Shown: piece after piece, positions 23,013 through 36,807 of the stretch
Layout: each line of letters starts with the position of its first letter
How positions within the stretch are numbered: position 1 is the first letter of the stretch
DNA from: Hypanus sabinus
Taxonomy: Eukaryota
Assembly (NCBI RefSeq): GCF_030144855.1
Contig: NC_082713.1
Coordinates: 34,844,001-34,908,000, forward strand
Reading direction: 5' to 3'
Length of the DNA stretch: 64,000 nucleotides
The notes under the pieces: generated by a model
Seen by the model: the letters and a program-made list of their open reading frames with translations, nothing else
What the model was told of the DNA's origin: nothing
Databases searched by the model: none
Position numbers and translations under genes: made by a program

Positions 23013-26000
23013 GATGAATAGACTTTGAAAGTAAGTCCAGTTCCATGATGAGGTGAGTGAAGTTGAGGGAAGTTAACCTTTTTGGTTTAACAGGCAGATA
23101 CTGAACTTTGTGGTATGGGTCATGAGGTTCCTGTACCTTCATCCTGACGGCAGCAGTGAGAAGAGAGCATGGTGGGGGTCCTTGCTGATGGATGCTGATT
23201 TCCTGTGACAGTACTCCACGTAGGGAGGACTTTACCCATGATAGACCTGGCTATATCTGCTACTTTGGGCATTGATGCTTCCATACAAGGTTGTGATGCA
23301 ACCAGTCAACATACTCTCCACTACACATCTGTAGAAGTTTGTCAAAGTCTTAGATGATATGCCGAATCTTCTCGAATTTCTAAGAAAGTAGAGGCACTGC
23401 CATGCTTTTTTCATAATGGCTCTTAGGTGCTGGAACCAAGTCCAATCCTCTGAAATGATACCACTGAGTAATTTAAAGTTAGTGACCATCTCCACCTCTG
23501 AACCCTAATGAGGACTGGCTCATGGACTTCTGGTTTAGTCCTCCTGAAGTCTACAATTAGCTCCTTGGTCTTGCTGACATTAAGTGAGAGGTTGTGGTTG
23601 TGGCTCCACTCATCCAGATTTTCAATCTCCCTCTTACACGCTGATTCATCACCACCCTTGATTTGACCAAAGGTAGTGGTGTCATTGGCAAAATAAGTCT
23701 GGCATTGGAGATTAGTCACACACTCATAAGTATAAAGCAAGGAGAGCAAGGGGCTAAGCACACAGCCTTGTGGTGCACTGTATAGAGGGAGATTGTGGAG
23801 GAGATGTCATTGCCAATCTGAATTGAGTGGTGTCTGCAAGTGAGGAAATTGTGTATTCAGTTGCACAAGGAGGAATTGAGACCTAGGACTTGAAGCTTAT
23901 GGATTAGTTTCGAGTGGGTGATAGTATTAAATGCTGAACTGATGTCAATGAACAGTATGCTGATGTATGCATGTTCACTGTCCAGATGTTCCAGCATTAA
24001 GTGAAGAGTCAACAAAATGGCATCTGCTGTTGACCTGGTGAGGTGGTAGGCAAATTGATGTGGATTCAAGCTGCTTTTCAAGCAGGAGTTGATATGTTTC
24101 ATCACCAACCTGTCAAGGCACTCCATTGCAGTGGATGTAAATGCCCCCAGGATAATAGTAATTGAGGCAGGTTATCCATTTCTTTTTTGGCACTGGTATA
24201 ATTTGAAGTCTACTTTGAGCAGCTGGGTATCTCAGTCTGCTGAAGTATGAGGGTAAAAGTATTGGTGAACACTCCAGCTAGTTAATCAGCACAGACTTTA
24301 GTACTCAGCTAGGTACCTCATCTGGGCCAGATGATTACCGTGCATTCACCCTACTAAGGATCCTCTTATGTCGGCCTCAGAGACAGGAATCACAGCATCA
24401 TCGGGGTTGTGTGAGTTTGTAAAGATGCCTCCATTCTTTGATGGTCAAAGAGAGTACAAAAGGCATTGAACTCTTCTTGGAGTGAAGCCTTGTTGTCATC
24501 GATGTCAGTTAGTTCCACTTTGTAGGAGTTGATGGCATTCAAGTCCCACCAGAGCTGTCGAGCATCCATCAGTGATTGAAGTTTGGTCCAGAGTTGCCAC
24601 TTCACATGCGACATCATACCTGGATCTCTTCTATTTAACTTGGTTGCTAAACCTGAATGCCACTGATCTGGCCTTCAGAAGATTGTGGATCTCATGGTTT
24701 ATCCAAGGCTTCAGATAAGTTAAGACTCTGATAGATTTTGTGGGGAAACACCTGTCTATGACTGATTTAATGATGTCTGTGACAATCTTGAACACAGCCT
24801 AGTCTACTGTCTTGAAGCAAAACCTAGCCACTCCTCAGTCTCCCATGCCCACCTCTTTATTGTCCTTATCTCTGGCACCTTGCTTTTTAGCCTCTGCACG
24901 TATGCAGGTAGGAGGAGGGCAGCCAAATTATCCTATTTCCCGAAATATGGCTTAGGCATGGAACAGTAGACATTCCTAATTATGATGTAACAGTGGTTGA
25001 GTATGTTGGGAACCCTAGTGCTCTAGATGATATGTTGATTATAACCGAGTACAGTTTTCTTCAAACAAGCCTGAATGAAGTCCCCAGCAATTATTTGAAA
25101 GGTGTCAGTGTTGGCTTCTTTTGTTTGCTAATGACAGAATTACTATCTTCAGCAGAAACTTGGGCACAGGTTTGTTATTTTATTAATTTATCTGCTTTTG
25201 CAGTATGTTATGCCAACTTTTTAATTATCCTTATACCAGTGTAAGAGATAGTGAGGGGGAAATGCTTTGAAGCATTGAAAGCTTCAAAGCATTATAAGCA
25301 TTCCAGCTTATATCGTCACAAAATTGACCCAGCCTGATAATTCACCGAATAGCTTTAAAATTTCCTCGTTAGAAGAGAATGTCAAAATGAATGTATCAAA
25401 TTATTGAATTGAAAGTCAAAAAGATAGAATATTCCATAAATGTTTAACTGAATAACTCAAGATCAATTTGGGTGGATGAAGTTCAGGAATGTAATCCTCA
25501 CACTCTCTCATCACTTTTAGGATCTGTTGTTATTCTGAAAGGATGTAGAAGTAATATTGAAACATCAAGGTTTACAGTTCCTATCATTTGTGTCCTAGCC
25601 ACAATGGACAAAAGGAAATCTTAAGTAGTCCTGGTGTCCAGTGGTGGGAGGCAGATTTAAAATTTAAAATATCACCAACCACGGTGTTTGCAGTTAATAA
25701 CATTGTCTCTGAAGTTATTTTGCCTCCAATGCCTCCATCCATTTAAATTTGCTAATTCTGCCTGATTTAAACCAAAAACAAAATTAGAAATTCTTCACTC
25801 TAGATCCGTCATGTTTTCAAGGTGACCCATTGGAGCCAATAGATTGGCCCTGCTAAACATCACTGGACTTCTGCAAAAGTAACAAACCCAGTTTGTGTTT
25901 TTTGGAGAGGAATGTTTAGATAGGCAAAGAGAAATCTGCAAAATATTTGGTCTCAGACTGTTGGTAACTAGGCCAACGAAAAAGATATTTCAAAAACTAC

Positions 26001-26748
26001 AGTAATGTTTCCAATCGTTCCACATCAGCCTTTTATTATTTGGTTTACTGTTTGCCTTAACTTGAGACAATTTAAATGCATATTTTGAATCAACAGATTG
26101 ACAGGTAATTGACTGATTGATTGATAGTTCTGCAATGTGAACTCCCATTGCTGCTATCTTTAACGAGAACAGGTTTGACAATTTTTTTTGGAGTGCCAGA
26201 ATTCTATTTTATTTATGACATACAATCCATCCGTTGAGCTTATTAAGATAGAAGAAGATGAGCTCCATGCACAACGAGAGAATTTTTTTTCTATAAAAAA
26301 GTTTCCCGTAACTTCAAACAGAACTAATTTAATTTGTTGTTGCCAAGAATCAAGAAACTTTCATGGGGGGTGCATTAATGATGTTAATCACTACATTTTC
26401 AGTTATTTTATTCATGTACCTCACCATCTTTACTTTTCTTGCAAATACAATTTGCAATTTTGTCCGTTTCCATCTTTGCTCCTGACTGGGGCACATTTTG
26501 ATGGATAAAATATGCATAAAACTCATTCTAAACAAGATGTGAGCACATTTCAGTGCCTGACTTTTCAGTGCAAAGAACATACAGTATTGTCTTGAGTTGA
26601 TTTCAGATTCCATATCAAAGCCTGCTTAACCAAGGCAATTGTCCATAAGATTCCATGTGACTGATTCACTAGGTTTAGGAAGCAAATATGAAGTTAAATA
26701 CAAATAGGCAATGTGTTTGCATTTGGCAATGAATGCAGTTTGTATTAC

Positions 26749-26921
26749 CTTGCTTGAATATATATGCTGCGCTGGTAGCGGAGAAGTTGGTTGTTACAGC
26801 AAAGTTCTCTTTGTTTGATAGGTTTGCCTGGACTTGCACTGATTTGTCCACCTCACTAAAAAAAGTACTGACTTGTCCAGTCGGAAATGTCACATTTGTC
26901 AGGTGACCATCACTGTCATAC
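26749..26921 (-). CDS. TENM1: Teneurin-1 internal coding exon (YD repeat)
   Basis: Poly-T tract then cctag|G TAT GAC AGT GAT GGT CAC; donor CAA G|gtaata; 173 bp. GA+G completes Glu with the previous exon. YDSDGHLTNVTFPTGQVST...YIFKQ. Confidence 0.94.
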
Positions 26922-26996
26922 CTAGGTAAAAAAAAAAGTTTAAAATAGATAATTAGAAATAATAATGCATGTTGACAACATATAAAATTACTTTAG

Positions 26997-27185
26997 GAGA
27001 GACACCAGAGACTGTAGATGCAGCAATTGAGTGAAAATAAACTGCTGGAGGAGTTTAATAGGTCTGGTAGCATGTGTAGAATGCAACATCAGGTGGAGAA
27101 CTTTGAAGGGTCTCAAATCAAAATGTTAATTTTCATCTACAGATGGTGGTTGGCCTGCTGAGTTCCTCCAGCAGTTTGTTTTTAG
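26997..27185. mobile_element. Old fold-back PLE-pLTR unit
   Basis: Inverted arms aaactgctggaggag / ttcctccagcagttt around a degenerate tgaagggtctc core. Confidence 0.65.
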
Positions 27186-27987
27186 TGCCTTATTAGAGAG
27201 TCTTCTCTAGGGTAGAAATGATCAAATATTCATCCTTCCTTTTAGATTAAAATAAGTTATGTGTAATTAACCATCATTGTCAAACACTATTATAAAACCT
27301 GGACATCACCAAATGAACTGAATTGTGTTCTCATTATAGTGTGAAGAGAATCAAAAGTGAAAGATGTCCTCTTTCTTCAGGGATCTACCTGCCATTGGGT
27401 TGGAGGAATTCAAGTTTCAGACTTGGCTGTAAATAGGAAATGTCACTGGATGACTCAGATTAATTTTGTTGTTGTTGTCTGAAACCACAGTATTATTTTT
27501 CAAATGAATAGACATGATATTCAGCTCTGTTTCACTGCTACATCCCTGGATCACCATCTCTGACTAGTCAGACATTTTGGCTGGTTTCCAGCTCTGCACG
27601 AGTTAAAATTTCCTTCAATAAAAAAACGCAGAAGTCAGAACTTGTTGCCTTCTGTTTGTTCCACAAATTCTATTTTTCACCATATGGTTTTCTGTAAAAA
27701 TGACCATTTTATGACAATATTGGAAAGGCATGCCCATAAATATACACCAGTCAGATCTAGAGTTCAATTTGCTGCAAGAGACCAGAATCTAATGTATTGG
27801 TTTATAAGTGGTCAAGCAGCCAATTTGAAACTTTTCTTCTGGGGGATGGAAAAGAGGTCAACAATACTCATGTTCAAAGTATGGAACGCAGGTTGTGACA
27901 CATGAAAATAAAGTGGTTACTACCACCTGATAGGACCGGTTCTCTGTGGTAAGTGCTCTTATGAACCTCAATCACTCACATACTATG

Positions 27988-28140
27988 GTCAGGCAGCATC
28001 GCTGAAGAGCAATGGAGTGCACATGAAGGGTCTCGTCCCAAAGCATCATCTGCCCATTTCCCACCACAGATGCTGCATTGTTACTCTAGTCTTTTGTTTG
28101 TAGCTCTAGGTTCCAACATCTGCAGTCTCTTGTGTCTCTA
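27988..28140. mobile_element. Old fold-back PLE-pLTR unit
   Basis: ggcagcatc ... atgaagggtctcgtcccaaa ... cagatgctgc ... catctgcagtctcttgtgtctct. Confidence 0.6.
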
Positions 28141-29159
28141 GATTGCTTTACATTCTGTTTCTTGCCCAAAGACTCTGATCCATGCCTAAGATAGTTTTCA
28201 ATTTTCATTTGTGTCGTCTTGGCAAGTATTTAAAATCCTCTCCCTCTCTTAGGAATACTATAATTATTTTACAACCTCTTCTCTTTAAGTGCAAATTTTA
28301 TTTTTGTTAATTTCCCATTTATTTGTCAGTTGAAGGAAAATCAATGAATCTTTCAGTTAGCTGACTATGCAGTGTTGGATGGCGTTACTTCAGAATGCCT
28401 TGGGACAATCTGATCCAGGCAGTGTGCAAATTCAGGAAGATAAATAGCTGAGTCTACACAACTGAGGTCAACAAGCATCTAGGACATGAGTTCTCAAGCA
28501 AAAACAAAAAATGAAGCAAATGCTTACCAGATCAGACAGTATGTTTCAAAGGGGAAACACCTAATGTTCCGAGTTTAAGACCTTTTTTTTTAGAACTGGG
28601 TATGAGTTAGTTTTCAATAGGAGAGAAATTCGGTGAGGAATGTGTAGGGCCATGAATTATCTCATATAGGATGCATCCTACTGGTTTATTGGATGCAGTT
28701 ACCAGCCCATAAAGCTTCTGTGTGCAATGTGTTGTAAATGTTGAGGCCGTGGGACATGCTTGGCAGACCAGGTTACACAAACAGAATAAGAAAAATTGAG
28801 ACAAAGTGCTGACAGACAGAAATGGACAGTTCTCACATGGACAAAAGGTAAGAGTCAGCTGCTGAAAGTTGAGGAATTCACAAGTGGCTCAGACCTAATT
28901 GAGTCTGGGAAGATCAACATGCCTAGATGGAAGCTGTTTTTCAAGCTTGTGTTATATCTTGTAGTAATGGTGCAGGAGACCTGACAAAATGGCCAGAGTG
29001 GAAGTGGGGAGCCAATTGAAACAGCAGGCAAATTGAAAATAAGGATTGCTCCAACAGACTGAATACAGGAGTGATTCACCATCCCAATCTGAGTGAGTCC
29101 TTCAACACTCCCAGGCTGATGACATAGTTCAATGGTATTTGAGTGAAAGCTGTGACTAT

Positions 29160-29435
29160 AGAACTAAAGAGCAGAATTAGGCCATATGGCCCCGTGAGTC
29201 TGCTCTGTAATTCAGTCATGGCTGATTCTTTATTCCCCTCCTCAGCCTCACTCCTCTGCCTTCTCCCCGTAATCTTTGATGCCATGTCCAATTAAGAACC
29301 TCTGCCTTAAATACACCCAACACCCTGGCCCCTCAGCTGTTTGTGGTAATAAGGTCCCAAATTCTCCTCTCTCTGGCTAAAGAAATTTCTCTGTATCTCT
29401 GTTTTAAATGGACCCCTCTCTATTCTGAGGCTGTG
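29160..29435 (-). mobile_element. CR1 3' end fragment
   Basis: CR1 3' UTR (attaggccat...catggctgat) and ORF2 C-terminus. Confidence 0.75.
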
Positions 29436-30202
29436 CAGGGTTATAAAGTGACAGATTATGGTGAACTATCATTCAATCTGTTGAAAGTGCTCCAAGCACC
29501 TTTTAACATAATTAAAAGTATAAACTAATTTTAATATGATAAAGTTTCCAACAAACTGCACATTTAGGGTAAAACCTCAGCCCAAATTAAACTCCAGACT
29601 TACCAATATGCACTTGCCAAAGAGTGAAACTGGTTAATTCATTGGGTTTTCTATTCTACTTACTATTCTGATATTAAGTGTCGACATAGGCCGCAGTTCT
29701 ATGTTCATTAATTATTAACTGAAGTTTTTTTATCACTTCAAAAATGCTTGTTTTATGTTACCCTACAAACAATTCAAAGCACTTTACACAGTTGTCTCTT
29801 TTGAAATGCAGGAACATGCTTCAAAAATAGGAGTGTGAAAATGAGCTGAAAATCCTCTTTCTTCCTTTTACACTCTGCATTGCACATTAATATAAATAGC
29901 TGATTCCATAAAGCTGTGCATGTTGGCAAGATAGAAAACCATAGAATGTTTCCAGTTTACATCTAAGGAGCATATTCAAACCCTTTGCTCAGATTCATTG
30001 AAATGACTTATATGTCATTACTGGATCACCATTTTAAAACAAAACACATAAAATGCTGGAGGACCTGATTTTCTATTAACCTGGTTACTACGCTATTTAT
30101 TGTTTTAATCCTATTATTATTTGGTTCTTCCTTTGACTCTAACAGCCTCCTGAGAAAGAAGTAATTCAACATTAGATTTCTAAAGGTTCCTGCAAATTTA
30201 GC

Positions 30203-31550
30203 AACATAAGACAATAAGACATAGGAACAGAACAAGGCAACTCGGTCCATCGAGTCTGTTCAGCCATTCCAACATAGCTGATCCATCATCCCTTTCAACC
30301 CCACTCTCTTGTCTTCTCTCGATAACCTTTGATTTCCCGACTAATCAAGAATCTATCAAGCTCCACTTTAAATATGCTCAATGACTTGGCCTCCATAAGT
30401 CTGTGGTAATGAATTCCACAGATTCACCTCCCTCTGGCAAACGAAATACCTCCTCATCCCTGTTCTAAATGGTAATCCCTCAATTCTGAGGCTGTGCTCT
30501 CTGTACCTAGTCTCATCTACAATAGGAAACATCCACTCCACATCCATTTGGTTTAGGCCTTTCAATATTCAATAGGTTTCAATGAGATCCCCTTTCTTTC
30601 TTCTGAACTCCAGTGAGTGCAGTCCTGGAGCCATCAAACACTTCCCATAGATTAACCCTTTCATTCCTGGAATCATTCTTGTGAACTTCCTCTGGACCCT
30701 CTCCAATGCCAGTACCTTTTCTTAGATAAGGGTACAAAACTGCTTTCAATATGCCAAGTGCAGTCTGACAAACACATTATAAAGCCTTAGCATTGCATCA
30801 TCATTCTTCTACTCTATTCCTCTCGAAATGAATGCTAACATTGCATTTGCCTTCCTTACCACCAACTCAACCTCCAAGTTAATTTTTAGGGAATCCTGCA
30901 CAAGGATTCCCAAGTTCCTTTGCATGAATGATTTTTGAATTTTCTCCTTGTTCAGAAAATAGTCTATGCTTTCCTTCCTTTTACCAAAGTGCATGACCAT
31001 ATACTTCCCTGCACAATATTCCATCTGCTATTTTTCCCCAATTCTCCCAATTGATCAAAGTGCTTCTACAGACTCACTGCTTCCTCAACACTACCTGCCC
31101 ATCCATTTATTTTCATTTTGTCTGCAAATCATTAAGATATAACGTGAAAAGAATCGGTTCCAACACTGACCCCTGCAGAACACCACCAGTCCACCAGAAA
31201 AACCTCCTTTATTCCCACTCTTTGTCTCTTGCCTGTCACCCAATCTTCTAACCATACTAGTATCTTTTCTTTGGTACCATGGACTCTTATCTTGTTAAGC
31301 AGCCTCATGTGTAGCACCTTATCAAAGGCATTCTACAAATTCCCTCTCTTGGGATCCAGCATAACCTGATTTTCCCAGTCTACCTGCATATTGAAATTCC
31401 CCTATGCCTTTTCTATTTTCCATTGTAATTTGTGTCCCATGGTGTGACTACTGTTCAGAGGCCTGTATATAACTCCCATTAGAATCTTCTTTAACCTTTC
31501 AATTTCTTAACTCTACCCTCAAGAATTTTACAACTTCTGATCTGATGTCA
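30203..31550 (-). mobile_element. Old CR1 (RT to 3' end, plus endonuclease remnant)
   Basis: VMHFGKR..VVRKANAMLAFISRGIE; tail cataagacaataagacatagg at 30205. Confidence 0.88.
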
Positions 31551-31999
31551 TCTCCATATGCTTAGTTTTCTGTTCTGTGTGCCTTCGGTCTTTTTTGTTC
31601 TTACATTTTACTATCTTATGATTCAAAATATACTTCCTTATGCCCTTCTATCTTCTGAAATGTACAACCTAACGTCCCAGTTAGGACCATGAGGGCACAT
31701 CGTGACATACAACTTAGCAAGCCAGAAAACATTTTCCTCCAGTCTTTCAGACACCTGCAAAGTCTCTAACAAGGATGGCATGCTAGAGCCATTGCTTTCT
31801 TAGAATGTTGGGAAGGTTCGGTATGTGATTAAATACTCCAATGAACCTCTACAGATTTTTTGTTTAAAGTTTCACAGTTGTATTATGGTCAGGTATGGCA
31901 ACTTGATAGCACAGGAATATAAGATGCAATGAGCAGTGGGATTAACTAAATGCATCATGGGCACATCTGTCTTTATCATTGAATGTATCTATATGAGGC

Positions 32000-32420
32000 A
32001 TTACCTAAAAAAACCCAATATATATCATTAAATTCCCCCTCCATCCCAGCTATGCCATCTTCTCAAAGTTATCATTGGGCAGGAGGTACAGAAATTTTAA
32101 GTCCCGCACCACTAGGTTCAAGAACTGCTACTTCCCTTTAACCACTTGATTCTTGACCCAAACCACACAACCCTAATCACAAGCACAGAATAGGGACACT
32201 ATGACTATTTCAACCATTTTACACTATAATGAGCTTTGTTTATTTTTTGGGTTTAATCAAGTTCTTTCTTGAGCAAATCTTGTAGAATTTATGTTTAGTG
32301 TATGTTTTTCTTCTGATTGTGCCTCTAATGCTATGTGTTTGCAATACTGCTGCAAGTAAGATTTTCATTGACCTTATGCATACATGTTCTGGTGCTTTTG
32401 CCAAAAAACTCACTTTGAAT
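32000..32420 (+). mobile_element. Rex1/Babar 3' fragment
   Basis: gggcaggaggtacaga...aggttcaagaactgctacttccc; 3' UTR gctgcaagtaag. Confidence 0.6.
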
Positions 32421-33199
32421 TTCCTTGCACGAAGTTACCTTTTGAGAGACTATGCCTCCTTTCTCTGCTCCTCTGGAAAGACAAAGGCACTCCCTTCTAA
32501 TTATTGCACAAATTTTTACAAAATATTTCCAGGTGTTTAAGAAAAATATAAAGAAGCTACTTGTTGCCTTTTTTTCCTTCAGTCCTTTTACTAATTTCTC
32601 ATTTAATGAACATGGAATATGTCCTTTTTTATTGCAAAATTTCTTCTTGCGTTCCTTGCCGCTTAAAATTGAGAGGGTGATATTTGGTCGCTGTTTGGGT
32701 CATTTGAGAGCTGTATTGCACTCTGCCTAGGACTGCAAGATATATATATATATCTTTAATTAACAGCTTGATCCTTTGCCATTATGTACAGCTAGGTCTC
32801 TTTTAAGTGAAATATGTGAATTGTGATTCAGAACAATGTGATTGCAGATTTCATTGAGTTTACACTAACATTGGCATCATATAGGCAAGCTGGGAACCAA
32901 GGAAAATATAATTGGATGGCACAAAAAATCTCACAACAGTATCTCTTTCATCATACAGGTTAAGTTCTAAGCTCAGTTTCTCAAATATTCTTAAATACAG
33001 TAGGATAGAAATTTGTTTTTGTTCACCAGCACTAACTGATCACAAGCCATTTATTGTATTTCTCCAGCAATATTTAGAATGGGGAATACAACAGTGTATC
33101 CACTTAATGGAAGTGAACAGAATTGAATTTCTAAATTCAAACGGTCTTTAACAGATTCTGCAATGGCATTCAAGGCCATCAGAGGGTGCAATGTACCAA

Positions 33200-35135
33200 T
33201 ATGCTGGCTTCAGTTAAATTGGTAAATTTCATTAAAAGATACGACAAAGCACAGGTAACAACTCTCATTGAAAAATGATAAGTGATGTAATAACAGAGGC
33301 ACAGCTTTAGAAATCATCCAATCATGTATGCAAGAGAAATTAAAATTGGTATTAACTCAGAAGAAAATGAAAAGTAATCAACAGAGGAAAAACTGATAGA
33401 AAGTACAAGTAGAAATGGAGTGCATTGCCAAGCAACTTAAAAACAGACTCTGTGGTATTGCACAGGAAGGAACTAATTAATGAGAACAAATGTAGCTCCC
33501 TTACAAGTGGAAACATGTATATTAAGGAATAATTAAATGGAAGGGAAATTAAGCAAATACTTTGCACTAATCTTGATGGAAGAAGACAGAAAATATAACC
33601 CAGAAATAATGAACAATGGACCTACTGAAAATGAAGAAATAAACAAAATCAATATTAGAAAAGAAATCTGACTAGAGAATTTTATAAGCCTAGAAATTGA
33701 TAAATCTAAAGGACCTGATGATCTGTTTCACAAGGTTTTCAAAGAGGTGGTATAGAGACACTGGACATTCAGGATATCATCTTCCAGTTTGTACCGATCT
33801 TGAATGATTCCTGGAGAACCATGTGGAGGATAGCAAATATGACCTCAGCATGTATAACTCTTATCTGCTTTTATTTTCCCTTCATACTACCTTCGTGCAC
33901 TTATGCATGGAATGGATGCATGCAAGCAAAAGCTTTTTACTATATCTCAATACACCTAACAAGATTTAATCAATTGCCAATTAAATAGGAGAAAATGGGA
34001 AACTGCCAACTGATAGACTGACATCAGGAAGAAGCTGAACTTTATAATAAAGGATGTGATTCACTTTTGGAATTACCTTGATTGATTGCTTCATGGCCTG
34101 AAGTGGCAATTCCAATGCTCTGGAATTCCAGAATTCTACCCATCACCCTGTATCTCACCTTTCTTGAGAATATGATAATAAACTAGACTTGAAAAGGCTT
34201 TAAGAGGACAAAAGGAAACTAAGTGAATGAGTAACAACACAGAGGATGAAAAATGTGGCTTTGGTAAAAAATGAATGGGAAATGCTGCTGTCTCAAGCAC
34301 CCTTTTTGCACTTATTATTGAGTGTCAACATTCAGCCGATAAGATAGCCAGTAGTCTTTAGGTTCTTATTGCTTGGGGCATTCGACTAGGATAGTATCTG
34401 TGAGAGGCCATCCAGTGCTAGCTGTACAGTTTTGGGTTCTGTACTTAAAGAAGAAAGTACTGGCTATTGAATAATGAGTATAGAAAGTTCACTAACTGGA
34501 TTCTGGCAACTCTGTCATATGGGGAAAGACTGATCAGGTCACACCTCTGTTCTTTAAAGTTCAGAAGAATGAGCGGTGACTATACTGAAACATGCAAAAT
34601 TCAGACTAGACAGATGTGGAGAGAATGTGATTCTTGGTGAAGGAATGGAGAACTAGAGATGAGTTGGGCAGAATGGGTCCATACTGCGTAGTGGTAAAAA
34701 TTAAGTGGAACTATCAGCATAAATAATATAAACTGGCAATGTTGGTGATATGGTAAGAAATTTAAGTAACTTTCATCCTGGATTAGATGTCATAAACTTC
34801 TAAGGCCAGCTAGTCTAACCTCAGTGGTTGAGAGGACGTTAGAGTCGATTGCTGAGGATGTGGTTTTGGGGTACTTGGAGACTTATAATAAAATAGGCTG
34901 TAGTCAGCATGGTTTCCTCAAGGGAAAATCTTCCCTGACAAACCTGGGGTCAAGTGTTTATGTACACTTAAGGCAGAGGATGATAGATTCTTGACCTGCC
35001 AGGACATGAATAGATACAGGGTGATGGCAGGAGACTGGGCCTGAGACAAAAAAAATGGATCAGCCATGATGAAATGGCAGAGCAAACTCGATCGGCAAAT
35101 AGCCTAATTTTGCTCCTATATCTTATGGTCTCATG
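33200..35135 (+). mobile_element. Cluster of very old CR1 fragments
   Basis: gataaatctaaaggacctgatg (DKS.GPD), agtcagcatggtttc (SQHGF), CR1 3' UTR at about 34980-35130. Confidence 0.6.
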
Positions 35136-35906
35136 GAAGAAGCCATAGATGCTCAATTATTGATTGTTTTCAAAAATAAATTGGTATGTCTCTGAATATA
35201 AAATGGATCAATGAGAGAGCAGGAAAACAGATGTTTGAGAATGATGATCAGTCATGATCTTGCTGAATGGCAGAGCAGACGTGAGGGGGCTGATTGTACT
35301 ACTCTTCCTCTTATTTCCTCTATTTTTAAATCCACAGAGTAATATAAAGACTCTGGAAGAATTTGTGGAAAACATTGATTTTAGGTTTGCTTCAGGCGAT
35401 AGAGGATACCTGCGGTTGCAAAATCCAAATTATTACAACCTTTCACCATATGGGTTGAAAAGATATTGGGACCATTAAAAAAACAGTCCTAGTTTTTTTA
35501 ATGGATGTGGTGTCATTTGCTTTTTAGTTGTCTTACAACATTGCAGAGTTACTAAAGAATGAAGGTTAATCTCAATCATATGCTAATTAGAGCATGAAAT
35601 GTAAATGGTTTGGAAAAAAAGCATTAAAATTAATGGTAAAGTACTGCAGAGCATGGCACCAACACAAATTAATTCTTAAATTATGCAGTTAAATCATTTT
35701 CAGTCTTTATTTAGGTTTATTCTAATTACTAGTGGTAGACATTGAACTGCAGGGAAATTGCTTTTATTTATTGTGCCTGTTAACTCTTTTTTTGTTGGAT
35801 GCTCTTTCCTCAGTTTGTTTCTGTTTGAAGCCTGGATAAGTTAACTGTCTGAAAAAGTCAAGGGCTACTAAGATTCGGCAATACTGTTAATAATGTCATG
35901 CACTGT

Positions 35907-36798
35907 TGTTACGAATGAGGAGCAACTCTGATGGGCAGAAGGGTACAAAGTCACCCCCTCCTTTTTGAGAATCGCAAAATCGCTACTATTTCAGGTCTGA
36001 TACCAAGGAAATGAGAGAGATAACAGCAAAAGATAGTTGTTATTGATAAACAGCTCATGTCAGTTAATGTGAGAGAGACAACGCAGAGATACACAAAGTG
36101 GAATGTCTCCTCCTAACAAAAGCGGAACGGAACCACTGATTACTGCTATTGTCTGTTGGAGAAGGATTGTGTATTGAGTACTGTTCTATTCATTGAAACC
36201 CCTCAGGGGGCAACCAGAGGGGGCGGGTTTGATGGGTTGCATTATCCCAACCATATTGACACCTGAGACCCCGTGAGTGGGGATAAAAGTAATGTCTAGG
36301 GAACACCCCTCAGATGCACCAGGAGAAACGCTACGAGATCGGTGGGGGCTTGTGTGTGTGTCCACCCTTGCCTGGGTGATGAGTCCACCATGGAACGGTC
36401 TAGCTAAAGGACGGAGGGGTCATATGTGAATGGGCACAACAACAATGCATCGACGGATCAAGATCGTAAAGGAAAGTCGGCAAGTCAATAGCTGTTACTC
36501 TCTCTCTCTCCAACAATTGCAACACAGCAACCAACAACTACCACAGCCTGCATGAACTGAACTTTATATTTCCATCGGACAATTCATTATCCCCTAGACA
36601 ACGATAGAGCTTATTTCTTATTGATTATTATTATACCCGCACTTTTAGGTTTAGTATTGATGATGTATATCTGTATATTTGCATTGATGTTATTTTTGTG
36701 TATTTTTACTAATAAATACTGTTAAAAATAGTATCACCAGACTCCAACGGATACTCCTATCTTTGCTGGTAAGACACCCAGTTATGGGGTTCGTAACA
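35907..36798 (+). mobile_element. Solo LTR (Gypsy-like), 892 bp
   Basis: Termini TGTTACGAA...TTCGTAACA (9-bp perfect inverted repeat); 4-bp TSD CTGT at 35903-35906 and 36799-36802; AATAAA at 36711; CpGs retained. Confidence 0.9.
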
Positions 36799-36807
36799 CT
36801 GTATATA

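Larger units (their letters stand above)
22280..25100 (-). mobile_element. Rex1/Babar LINE, long decayed copy
   Basis: MECLDRLVMKHIN..LNPHQFAY..RSTADAI, PQGCVLSPLL.LYT, FANDTT, LNVSKTKELIVDFRR, LTNFYRCVVESMLTGCIT; tail ttcaaagttcaaagt at 22280. Confidence 0.9.
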
